Assembly: GCF_003704095.1 (NCBI RefSeq)
Contig: NW_020846595.1
Span: 124,001-188,000, forward strand
Direction: 5' to 3'
From: Pocillopora damicornis
Taxonomy: Eukaryota
Length of the DNA: 64,000 nt
Part shown: positions 47,399 through 60,299 of the stretch, in pieces
Numbering within the stretch: position 1 is the stretch's first letter
How the letters are laid out: the number at the start of each line of letters is the position of its first letter
Position numbers and translations under genes: made by a program
The notes under the pieces: model-generated
Database searches by the model: none
The model's input: only the letters and a program-made list of their open reading frames with translations
What the model was told of the DNA's origin: nothing

Positions 47399-50119
47399 AT
47401 GGTCGTCAAATTCAACGTGGTGCTTATCATCTTCGTTTGTATTTTAATTTCTATCGAGGGTCGTTCGGTTAAAGAGGTAAGTGATTCATGCAAAATACGG
47501 AATCGTTCTCTTACTTTAGATAGTTTGGCTTGGGCTGTTTACATAGATAACATTATTGTCTCTTGGGGAGGAACTTGCCGGGCTGAATAGAATAAGTATT
47601 GTTGCGGTAATTAGTTCCCTTCAACAATTGACTTTATCGTTTCCGTATAGCTGTACGCTTGCACCTAAATCGATAACTCAGGTTGTCATGAATAAAGGCA
47701 AGGGAAGAGATGGACCAAATTAATGTTCACTTATTTGGTTTTTTTTCAGGACAGTTTTGATATTGAGACCCATAACAAGTCTGTGGTGATGGAAGAACGA
47801 GGTACACGAAGAAAAATCGTTATATTGAAAACAGTTCATGAATTTCATGTCAATGTTTCAACCATTCTACTACAAAGGCAAGCGCGGTAAGCTGCAAGAC
47901 CAAAACGCAGTGCTTAGGAAATGACCACACGGTGACCGTCAGTCTTTTGTTGCGTAAACAGTGAACGGATGACATCTGCAAAACTCGTCAATGCTGGATT
48001 ATCGCTAGTATCCATTGCTAAATGATTCGAAACGAGATGCACCTTGAAAATAACCTGACCAAGAAACACCTTTTAGGAAAGTTGCCAAGTATGACTAAAA
48101 CTGGGTATCTTACAGATACTGGAGATCTTACAGATACTGCCTCTTACCTAGAACCGCAATGACTCATTATAAGTCTCTTGAAATGGAACATAATTCCCAC
48201 ATGAGGGAAATTAAAAAAATGCACAAAGTTATACAGTTGTCACGTAACTAATCAGTGTAAGATGGAAGACTATGTATGGCGTCCAGATAGTTGCTGCCCT
48301 GAATGCAAACAAAAAGGCGAGCCCTGTATTATTTTTCTCTTTCTATCGACATATGTCTCTAATGTGCCTAACATTTATTAACCTGTGAACAGTTTGTCTT
48401 TCTGTTCTTGTTATTAGTTTCTGAATTCTTTTCTTCAGCACGTACTCATGTTATAGGAGACTTTTAATTTACCCATTTATCTTCGATCTCCACATCACCT
48501 GTGTTTCTTTCATTTTGAGTTCTAACTCAGGTGCTCCGTGGTAGGGCCTAAATTCAAAATTTGTGGTTAGTCCAGCCGTGACAGCTATCGAAACTCTTAA
48601 GCGTAAAGAGAACGTCCAAGTTTATTACATCAAGGCCTAAAAAGGAAAAAAAAAACAACAAAAACAACATTACATGAGAGGGACAATATTTTCACATGCT
48701 TTTCACAGCTTCTCACGTTCCTTTATTTCACATGAAGTAAGTTTAGACTGTGAAAACCTCATAAAGAATTTGCTCTTTGCATTGATTTAACAATATTTCT
48801 GTTAGAGTTCCTTACTTATAGATTGTCAATCAGTAAAAATGTCCGCCTTATCCACTTTTATTTTCTTTTAGACCTTCAAACTCTTAATAACAAATACCCC
48901 AGATGGTTTTTTACTTTCCCGTTATGCACCAAATTCTTTCCCCCTCGATTCTTCAGTTACAAAGAGAAAATAACTTTCAAATCTCCAAATTCCTTGTTCT
49001 CATTCCTGTTTTGTATTTCGTCCTCCGATTAATTGTTTTCTGCAGGGACTGCAGATTCCCATTTTACATTTATTCTTGATCTACTTTATCTAAAGAATAA
49101 ACCCATGGCGATCCATGATCATTGACCATCATTGACGTTTTTGATTTACAGGTTGTTCCGATGACAGAAAAGTTGGCGAAAAATGGGAGAGGTTAGTGCG
49201 TTTGCCGGAGGGTGAGAAGGAAGGAATCTGTTCTTTATGCGAATGCAGCGCAGACGGTACAGAGTTTTGTAAAGAAAATCTTTTGTTATGCTTCAAACCA
49301 GAAGGATGCATAGAGACTGAAATGAAGCCGGATCACTGCTGTCCTCAGTGCAGTAAGTATCGGCAAAACAACAGATCCACTGGAAGTCCAGGCTCATGAT
49401 ACGAAACGAACGTGAAGGCGATTCTTTCTTCATTGCGTCAACAAGGGTCTAGTTTACGTTCGGTACAGGTCTTGAGCTTGGGATATCACTGGTGGGCCCC
49501 TCACACACACAAAAAAAACTTGCTAGTCAATCTAACACGTTATTGTGGCCAGAATTGTGGTAGCCCATAAAATATTACTTTTGAAAAGTTTTCAGCCTGG
49601 CTGGGTTAACATGATACTCCATGATGTAAAACAATTTCATTGCTTCGTTTGAGTTAAGATCACAACTAAATGGCGAACTCAGAGCCAGTTAATCTTTGCC
49701 TTTCTTCGTTCCCCCCCCCCATCCCCAGAACTTCTGTAGGAGAGGACCGAAGTGGATCAGGATAGCCATTGTTCAAGCCGAATGTTTAGTGACCCGTGTG
49801 GCTTGGCGACCGAAAACAAAATTGAAATTTCTAATCATTAAGTCTTCTTTCAAAAGAGATTGTGGGAACGTGAATGTAAGTGTTCTCTAGATCTGCAAGA
49901 AGAATAAAAAGTAGTCCATCCATAGTTAAACAAAGAAGCAACCACCTCAACCCCTGCGCAAGTGCATTTGTTTATTTTTCCTCTCGAACAAACCTTACAG
50001 AAACATGGGCAACAGCGGTTACTACACCACCACCCATCTTTACAATAGAGGAAGGTACAGAAGAATCCTCACTTCCGTTTCCATTTGGTTTCGATGCCAA
50101 TACGGATCAAGACCGATAA
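47399..50119 (+). CDS. Gene F: secreted single-VWC protein (first VWC exon decayed), about 149 aa; possibly a pseudogene
   Basis: Exons 47399-47476 (MVVKFNVVLIIFVCILISIEGRSVKE), 47750-47801 (DSFDIETHNKSVVMEER, phase 1), 49152-49352 (GCSDDRKVGEKWER...CCPQC) and 50001-50119 (KTWATAVTTPPPIFTIEEGTEESSLPFPFGFDANTDQDR*). The frame is open if 48205-48316 is skipped. Confidence 0.72.
48205..48316 (+). pseudogene. Truncated VWC1 pseudo-exon of gene F
   Basis: GKLKKCTKLYSCHVTNQCKMEDYVWRPDSCCPECKQK aligns to the 3' half of gene E VWC1 (GKFRKCTKLYYCEVGFLKCKVEDYEWLPGKCCPECKRK). It is preceded by an in-frame TGA at 48202-48204, the 5' half is not recognisable, and the donor is GC. Confidence 0.8.
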
Positions 50120-53100
50120 CAACAGGTACTGACAAAATATATATCTATAAGATTCCTTCTTTTCATGTCTGCGATAAAAGACATAATGGAGACGTTTCGT
50201 TTGTTGTTTTCCTTTTCTTTTTACTTATCACAGGATTTCTTTTTTAACGAGGAGGGTGGGTGGAATTTTGAGAGGGTACAACTGGAATAAAGACAACAGT
50301 AGCCTACCGTTGAAATCGATGATAACCTAGGTTATCTGTAACAGAACCTTACATATGTCTAGAATTACGAAGGAACAAAAATGCTCTGTTCGAGCTAAAC
50401 TTGCGAGATACATTGCCCTTGTTGGTTACCAATCTATGAGGCTTTTAATCTTATAAGTGACGAACTTCTCCAGTCTTATGCTTGTAAACGATCGATTTGG
50501 TGTAAGTCTTATCTCAGAACATCTTTTTTCTTTTTGCAGGTAATGCTTTTCTTCGGCCATTTACTTACAGGTGTGCATGATGTCGTGAAAAATTTTATTC
50601 CGCATTTTGTGGAAGAATCGTGATGATGAATCGAGCTTAAACAAGTCACTTTTGTGAGAACTGTATAGAATATGGAAATAAAGAGTAACCAGAAATGGAA
50701 ATACGGAAATACATTGTTATTCTCTACGGCAGTAATTGATATAAAGTCCATTGGTAATTGGCCGGTAATCGCGTTTGAGTTTGATTCAAATTGAATCAAT
50801 ACAATCCCTACAGTCAGGAAGTAAATCTTGCATCATATAAAATACAGAAAAACTTAGAAAAGAAAAATAAATTTTACAATAACTAGTGAGAAGATATCAT
50901 CACTCGACAACTCTTTCCTCTGCTCTCCTAAGCCTCTTTTTATTTTCTTTTATTTCCCTGTTCATCGTCTATTTTGAAAAGTGATTTAGAAAAAACGAAC
51001 TTAGATGGAATGGTTTATAATTTGTTTTTTCATTTATTTTTCTGTCACGAGTCATTTACTGACAGTTGAACAAATATCAGACAGCTCTCATTTTGGACGT
51101 AAGTTATTACTTTTACACTGGACCTGACCTGGCATCCATGAAAATTAATCATAGTGTAAATGGACGTTTAACACAACACGTTAGTAGCTTTAATTTAAAA
51201 ATGTTTAAATTTGTTAGCAGGAAATGAAGAAGCATAATTTTGATTAAAAAGTTAAGATCAGTTGCTTTCTTTAGTAAAATTTAATCCAAACAACTCATTT
51301 AACTCCAGGCCGTTTGATCGATAGCGGAGCCTTATCTCCAGCGGAGCCTCATCGCATACAGTCAGTTCTGAATGCCTTTTAAAACAAAGGTCGTCATTAA
51401 TATCTATTGCCTTCCGTAAACCGTTTGATTAAAATTTAGATAACAAATTGAATGATATATTAGGTCCAATCATTTACTTTTTCATTTCTACTCTTGAGTT
51501 TTATATACCGCTGTAGACGCCCAAATGTTGGACATACTGATGAATCAAAAAGCGAAAATTCCTAAGCGCTTAAGTTAAACTCATCTTTTCATCTCAGGTT
51601 GTCAATGAAAATATTGCCATATTCATGGAACCAGTCGCATGACCGTAAACAAACTGAGCCTAAATTAAAGTCCCAAACTCCATATAAACATACTTGCAAG
51701 GCGCAATTTAAGTGTCTAGACACTCATTCCACAAATTATCACAGGTGCGTTCTCAGTCGTATTTATTAAGATAAGGGTAAAAAACAATAAAGCTTTTGTA
51801 ATCAGTTATGGCATTGAAAAATATGACTTTAATCCAATCTCCACTGTGGCGTTAAAAAGGAGATTTAAATGAGGTTTCTGGTGTAATATTTCTGGTTTAA
51901 CAATCTGTTCATCTCGTGTAATAATCTTCTCGATTAATTGATCGGTTTTTAGTTTCCACGAATCAAGATAACGACTATGTCAGGAAGGTATAAACAATGA
52001 GACTGTGATTTAGGGAAAATTTGCAAAATAATTGCACGATTTATTTGCCACAAAAAAGTTGATATCAGAATTATCTTCTCTTAAGATAACATCTCTTCCT
52101 TACCATGAGTTCTTAAAGAAAGTTCCATAATTGATTGTTTTGTTCTATCTTTGCTATTAGTTGCTGCAAATTTGTCACCTGGTCAGTGAAATAAAGTAAT
52201 TTTTTAGTTTTCTCTCCTTTTTATTCTGTTGTGGCCAAAAAATTGAATGCCGATATTTACAGCCTGAAATATCAAGTCGTCACCACGCATTGTAAATCTC
52301 TTTCAGACATGAAGATTCGTTGAAACGAGCTCAATCAGTTGATAGACAGAAATTAAAACGAAGCTGTAAAATTCCCACAATTTATAGCCTTAAATGACAA
52401 AGGTAAAGAGATTTCCTTCTTTTGAAATTACAGTAACACGCAAAGTACTCAGTCATTCATAAAACTATTCGATGATTAAAAAACTGCTACCCTGTTTAAG
52501 TTGACCGTGTTCTCGCACGTGGAATAAATTCCCTTTGTAGTTACAATAGTAACGTGTCATTATCAGTAATTCATTTTTTCTCAGTTGTCCCACGCTCCTG
52601 TCCAATGTTTAACTTCTGTCTCCTACTCATGACAGCGCTCATGACTTAACGTCTTTCCTCACCTTCTCTAACACTACTCAAGACACTTTCATTCAACACT
52701 ACCAGTTGTATGTACCCAAGGAATTGGTATACGACCCAGCTCAGTTGGTGAAACTTCCCACCCTGGCCTAAAATCAAAAGGTTTGAGACGCAAGTTCTTA
52801 TTACAGCGGACCCCGTCATACTTTTCAATTTTTCTTGCACTCTGGAGAAAAATATTATAAAGAACCCTTCATTCTTGACATACCTAAAATTTTCTCTTTC
52901 CGTTCAAGTCATCGTGTTTTTTCAATTTATTATAGTTACATTTTCATGGTCGAATGGCTTGTGCGAAATTTTTCCATTAACAGTTCCAAGAAAACAAACG
53001 AATTTCCTCACCTTTTAAAGGGTTTTCTACTTAAAAAATTATCATAAACTCAGATTTATGACCCTATCCTATTCGAAAGAAATTTTCTACTTCAAAAGAA

Positions 53101-54747
53101 AGCAACTCAACATTTTATCATGAACGACGGACCTTTATGAGAAAAGATGAATCATAATAATAACTGCGGTATTGTGATAGAACAATACTAAACAGCTTTC
53201 CATGATTACTGATCTAGTTGCTCGTTATGCATTGGATTGACAAAGAGTATAAGATAGATGTTATCGCTATGTGCAGGAGATATTCTGTAAATGTGGCTAC
53301 AGACTTTCCTATCTCCCATTTCATAAATTTCTAATTTCTCTCATCGAGGTCTCTTCGATAGACAAGGAAATTGTTTTATTCTTGATGACTTTGAATTGGA
53401 AACAAAGCCAAATTTTAAATTACACCTTCAAAGTTTAATCATTTCAGCACTTATCCTTTTTTGATGGACAGTTTGAAAACTCGTTAAAAACCGATTGCCG
53501 AAACAAAAGGATAAAACAGGGGTGAGTTACGTTTCGCTTCATCCACATTAAGTTCCTGTTAATAAGATTAAGGGTGGTCATGGTTGTAAGGATCGTGATA
53601 ACTTAGGTAAAGTCTTTTACTAGTAGTATAAGTTGATTTTCATGCATCAATCCTCGCTTGAAATAACAAACTTAAATTTATCATGTTACTTTACAATTTG
53701 AATAAATGAGACAAGTTTTGATATGACAGCAGTGAATATAAATATTAGTTTTCTCTATTGACAAAGACGTTCTGCAATTTGTCTGATGAAAGTTCAGTTT
53801 TATACATTTTACCTCCAAAGCTGTTTTGACATTCAGTATTGCGAAAATGTCACCACAAAGCTATTCGTGTGTCGTTTAGTGTATTCTTTCGATACATCGC
53901 ACACTGCACGAGTCTTAGAACAAGTCAGTCAGACCATTGACCTCTTAAACTACTAAAATTTGTCAAACCATATGGCTATCGAGAATTAATTGAGGTCATT
54001 TCAATTAATTATTATCATTAATTTTGGTCATTCTGCTTAGCAAATTTTACCCTTATTGCCTGCTTAGTAGGTCGTTAAGTTCACTTATCGTTGGACAGGG
54101 ATACGCTACAGACCGTTGGATTAGTAATTGTTCCAAGCTAACAGTCGAAGGTAAGAAAATTGGTCTGTTGAAGTTAGGAATGACACTCGGTTAGTATTAT
54201 TTGAAATTCGCTCAAGCTTACAGTAATGTAGCTAAAAGAGACCACTTTTATAAATGAAGACACAGGTTCAACGCGTTTAACAATCCCTAAAATTTTCAAT
54301 GGTTCCGAAAAGCGGAACAAATTCAATTCCAACGAGAGTTTCTTTACACGTGGCTTTGTTTAAGGGGAAGAAAGTTGTTACGGATCTCAAACTGATATTT
54401 ATAAAAAGAATGGACCATAGAAACTTGTCCAGATAATCGAAGATTCCGTATAACTGAAGGTCCGGATAGTAGAGGTTTGTACCAAAATTCAGTATTTTAT
54501 GTCCGCGCCACAGCCAGGTAAACGATATGCATTCTTCTCGGCTAGTACACAACCGCTGCGACACAAAACTTCAATTTAAGCTAAACCCAGTTACTTATTC
54601 GTGGACAAAATTACCAGTCGTCTAGGGCTGTGCTGGTTTTTGATACCAAGATCTTGTAAAAGGCAACCTTAGTCAAAAAAATGAAATGACCACAACCACT
54701 CAACAGAATGTGAACTGCTCCTTTCAGACTGCACACGAGGTTCAAAA

Positions 54748-57293
54748 ATGGCTGTCAAATTCATCATAGCGGTTGTTTTCTTTATCTGTCTGTTTATGAC
54801 TTTAGAGAGTCGCTCCGTCAGTAAGGTAAGTAGTTGAGTACGATGCTGTTCTTGTATCTCCTTTAGTAATTGAAAACGCATAACTTTGACTGCTGTTGAA
54901 AATATTCGGAATAAATGCTATTTTTTATTACTAAGTATACCTCCGTTACTGACTAAACAACTCTCACAATCGTTGGGTTTGTTCTCAATTGCCATGGCAC
55001 GCCTTTATGGGTGTTTCTATCAGAGCACTATAGACACTGGAATTTCAGTGCCTTTACTCAGCCAAACGAGAGTCTTTGTACCGGAAGAAACGCTTCGGAA
55101 CAGCAAAAGCGAACGCTTAGAAGCAATAATTCGGTTAACAGCACTCTTGAAGCAGAAAGTTGGTTAGATAATCTCACTCCTCCACGAAAAGTAAAGCTAA
55201 CTTTTTCAGGAGTTCGTGCCCTTTTTTCCCTCCTACTTTCCATGCCACAATAAAGCAGCTACTTCCGGGATTGGTTCATGACATCAATGTTATTTTTCAC
55301 TTAAACGTGTATTTTGTTAATTTTCAACATGTGTCAACACAGGGATCCGTTGCACGAAGGTCTGGTAAGTAGGCATGCACAGTTACAAACAAGATTCCGA
55401 GCTGTAAGAACTGTAGGGAGAGGAAAGATAAAATATGTTTGAAAGTATGAAAAAGAGGGTTTTTTTAAAGGGTGAGATGATCAGTCTCATTTAGATTTGT
55501 CATTCGGAAATTGCCCCCACACGGCCCAAACATTGGCCAGTGGCCGTCGCCATTTTGAAAATCGCTTTTTTCATCTAACAGCAATCTGTTTGAACAATCA
55601 GCAACTACAAAAAAAGAGATCTTGAGTCAAACTGAACTTTTACCTATGACCAGACTAAAAGCCTTTCGAGAATCGTGCGTTCTGGTCGCGCGTGTGGGCC
55701 CAGGTTGATAAGCTGTTTTCAAAATGTTGGTTGTTGAGTCTAGAGTTAGCACATTTGAAGAAGATTTTCGAACACGTAAGCCACTCTTTGGGATCTCAAG
55801 ATGCAGTTACGAGAGTATGTTTCTTTTTTAATACATGTTCTGAAACTTGACTGAGTTTTATCAAAGGGTATTTCACCATGATTTGGGTTTAGAGTTTGGA
55901 TGAATTCCTCGCCTATACGCCACTCGCTTGCGCACCGCCCATCTCGGCTTTTGATCAAATTTGAAACTCGTCTTAAAAAAACGTTTCGTTGTGGACAGAT
56001 TATAAGCTGTTACATATTTTTCCTGTAGCACTTAACTCTATATTGTGACTGTTCATTACAGCCCCGTGCCATGGAGATGAAATCGTTTATCACAACATCA
56101 CTCACCCAATAGAGAGCGCTAGTTGCACATCCTGTATCTGTTCCCATGGATCTATAGGTGAATGTCATTACCACCATTGCGACATAGGACTGGGTATGCC
56201 AATAGAGGCATGCGACAACTGGATGACCGGAGAGGAAGGAATATGCTGTCCTCGATGCCGTAAGAGACGAAAATTTTATTTTAAGTAGATCAGAGTAACA
56301 GAGGTTTGTAATAAAGTTTGCCCTTAAAAACTAGAGGAGTGACTAAAACGAAAACTTGACTGTAAGCAAACCACAGAAATGATACGACAAAAACCGGTTT
56401 GTTATACATGAATGTCTGGCAGGCTATACCGAGAGAGAGCTACTGTGGAAATTTGTTCCTTTCAAGAAGATTTGGAGACAACTTTGTGTTAGCATCGGTG
56501 GTGAGCTAATTTATAGTTAATAGTGGGTTTAATTGAGTTTACTAGGGACAATTACTGTGTTTTCTATGGGAGTCGCTCCTTAGCAAGAATATTACACGTT
56601 GTTTAAGAAAAGTAGGTGGGTTTATAGGAGTATAGTGTTCTTCCTGTCGGTTAAACTATCCCCCTAACTATAATCAAAGCTAGAAGTCTTACTTCGTAAA
56701 AGTGGCATGGAATTTAATATATTTTCCTCCTAATTTTATTAGCTTGTGATAATGATGGTGATACCTGGGCCAAGCGCGTGAATTCCGAAACCTGCTATGA
56801 TTGTACCTGTAAAGATTCGTCAGCTCATTGCAATTTAGTCTATTGCCCAGAGTGTGATGGAATCGCTGAACCAATTCCCGGAAGATGTTGCCCCAAGTGC
56901 ACTCCAAGTTAGTTTCGGTATTAAGGCCTTGACACACTCCATACTTCATATTTTTTATTCGTTTCTCTCTCTCCTCGCGTCCTATTTTTGACATGCCTCG
57001 ATCATTCCTCTATTTAAACGCCTTTGCTTTTATGTTCTACTTGCTTTCCTTTGTTCCTTTTGTTTGTCTCACATTCTATTATTTTTGGTTGATTGAGTTG
57101 TAAAAAAGAAAGTATTTTCTCCCTGTCACTACCCCATACAGCGGTTCAACCGTCGACCGAGCCTTTGTTCTTCACGATCCCGCTGACCACAACAAGGCCT
57201 GAGCCAGAATTTCCATTCCCATTCCCATTTCGTAAGAAGCGCGTCATGATGTCACATGATAATAATGACGCACGTGCTGAGAAGTTGGTTTAA
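54748..57293 (+). CDS. Gene G: secreted protein with 2 VWC domains and FTI/FPFPFPF tail followed by RKKR, about 204 aa
   Basis: Exons 54748-54825 (MAVKFIIAVVFFICLFMTLESRSVSK), 55343-55364 (GSVARRS, 22-nt microexon), 56062-56259 (VWC, CCPRC), 56743-56907 (VWC, CCPKC) and 57142-57293 (TVQPSTEPLFFTIPLTTTRPEPEFPFPFPFRKKRVMM...KLV*). Confidence 0.87.
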
Positions 57294-60200
57294 GATTCAC
57301 CACGTGAGAAGAAAGGTGAGAACAAACGTCATTTTATTGACACATGCCAGTTATTTTAAAATACAGAGATTAAGCAGGGACAACGCAAAGCTTTGAAAAC
57401 GGTGCATACACTAGGCTGAAAACGCGTGATGCACACGACGTGAACATTCACGAAACGACACCTTGTGCATAGGAGTTTGAAAAAAATTCATTCCATTCCA
57501 GCGCTCCATTGCTCATTTTGTATTACGTTTTGTTAGCCCCATCTGCTAATTAATATCAAAGAAAAATTGGCACAAATCCATGATGACTAAAAGGACGATT
57601 CTTCTCGGCCGGAATCGCTTTATCACTTCCTCTTTTGCTTTTTGTATTTGCAGAATTTTCAAGATCTATCAAGACGAAAAAACTTGGAAAAAGTCACAAG
57701 CAATATTGGAAAGAAAATGAATCGAATCCGGACTTTTGATCGTGTAGTTGTATAATGGTGATTCTTTATTAAGTTAGCATGATGCAATAAACGAAACTGA
57801 TTTTAACTGAAATTAAAGAAACCTTATAATGCAATACAGGTACTTACATTTTTCGAGCTTTTTTAGAATATATATCATCCACGCTTATATACTTTCCAGG
57901 TCAAAGGTGTATCATGCTTTCAATACGACAAAATAACCGACGATGATTCGATTTTAGCTTGCAACGGTAGTCAAAATTTCAAGTTAAGTGGCTATTTATC
58001 GGCTAATTAATCTTCTAGTTTTAGAGATGGCAAGATTACCCAAACGACAGACGAGAATACAAATAATGGACGACACCTTACATCTTAACACAATAGCTAG
58101 GTAGTTTTTTGTGACACCGAGAACCAATTTTTCCTTTCTATTCAATTTTTGCACAGCTGTTGAAATAATTACATCTTTGTTTCACCAAAAATATACGAAT
58201 ATTCCTTTCAAACAACTCTCAACCTAAAAGCTAGGGAGGAAATCTGCGTCACCCATTTCATTTAGATGCTATCTCCTTGCTCCAGTACTTCCTTTTTTTT
58301 TTCCTTGGGTAAGTATTCTGGAATAAGATATGATTTTCCAATTGAAACAAAATAAGGTAAAATACTAAACTTGAAAACAAATTAGGAAAAAAAAGGCGTG
58401 TTAGACAAGGTAAGCCACACGCAATGTTAGTTACGAAATTAGCCGGAACTCAAAAGAAAGGAAACATTTGCTGTCGCCGGAGGGTAACATCACTGCTGAC
58501 GGATCTTTCAGATCTGACCTTTTTAACTTTGTTCTAAGCACGAGTAATTTTTTAAGTCTAAAAGAGTAAATCACACTTTTAGACAAAAAGTCTAAAAACC
58601 TTCATGGCATACATATGCATGGTAAAGGCGCAATTGATACTAACTCGTTTCGACTTAGGTTTTAAGTACATCTTCTGCGTCATTGATCCCTTCTTTAAGT
58701 TTCATGTTGTTTTTGAATTAAGAATCCTTCCGTTCAGGGAACAATTTTCTGTCAAAAGAAAACCAATTTCCTTTCTTGTTTAACCAGTTTCATTTACTTA
58801 GAAAAGGAGCAGATAACCATAACATCCGATATTCCAATTAACTTCTGTGAGGATTGCAGTGAATCTTTATCCTCTAGCAACAATTTTATCAAGATTCAGT
58901 CTCATAGCATTCTTTGTGGGTTTCATTTTAAGCTTCAACGCTAAAAAAATATCTTAATACTTAAGGATTTTCATTGAGTTAAAAAATTTAGGTACAATTC
59001 TGCAACCGGATTTTTGTCTAATTTGTTTTCTTTGCTATTCGTATTGAACAAACAATTATTGCCCACTCAGTATGCTTTTCAAAGTATCAATCTGATCATT
59101 TATACCATCATTAAACTAAACCAAACGCCTTTTCTTTCACTGGCGGTGGCAAAATTGAGCTTATAAGCCTAAAAATTGCTCAAATCCTGTTTTTCAAGTG
59201 TCGCTATTTTGAAAATGAAAATTTGAGTTGGATTTTTCGATCTTTCCTCAAGCGAAGTAACCAATTCATAATAACGAATTTGTTGTAAAGAACAAGTGTT
59301 TTAATATTTACCTTACAAAGCTGATGATAGCAACTGTTTGGTTTGGAAGAAAATATGTATTAAAATTCAAATTTCCTGCAACTTTAGGTTTTGAACGTGC
59401 TTGACATAAGAATTAGTCTACTTTAACAGCTCTACTAAAGGCTGGTGCCAAGACAAGATTCGGCCTGAATCCGTCCCCTGTAGCGCTTTCAACTTTGCAC
59501 GCACTTGAATGAAGAAATTTACTTTCCAGCACCAATAATTTTGAATTCCGGTAAGTGAGACCTACTTTCTCTTAACTGTCCATTCAACATACAAAAAAAA
59601 AGGGTTCACTGAACACGTTACAGCAACTTTATAACAATTCTCGGGGTTATTTGCTACTCTGAGCGGCGAGTCGAATTTTGGCTGCCCCTTTTTTTCGTTA
59701 TCTTTATAAGACAATTTTATTTGCCCACTTTTCTGTTTAAGATGTCTTAACTTATTCATATAAATTGGTGCTGAGATAGAAATTTTGGAAGCTGTTCAGT
59801 TATTAGCATTGATCCAAATGTAAGTTTGCGAGATGGAGAGGATTTTTTCTTTAAATTCTGACTCAAGGTATCAATATGGTAAAAGCTGGATCAGCTCTTG
59901 AGGCTATTTGCAAAAGCCTCAACAGAATGTCTTTTTCAGGGCAGCCAAATCTTTGAAATTAAGAGCCTTCACTTATTTTAGAGAGCTTTTGCGAGCGCGA
60001 AAATAAGAATATTAGGAAGCTTCCGTTGACATAGGTTTCAACAGCTGCAGGTTTTTTTTAAAAAATTAGAAAATGACCCGAAGTATCCTCCTGCCGAAAG
60101 GCTCTGACGCTGCTAAACACAAAGGGAATATCTCAAGACTGATCCTCCAAATTGAGGCCATTTGAAATACTTATTGATCAACCAACGACGACCAAAGCAT

Positions 60201-60299
60201 TTTTTTTCTTGGTGTCTCAAGGACACATTCTACTCAATCTAAATGGACATTGTACATTCTATTTTTTTCTGTGTGCTTATTTTTGTTTTCCCTGAAGGT

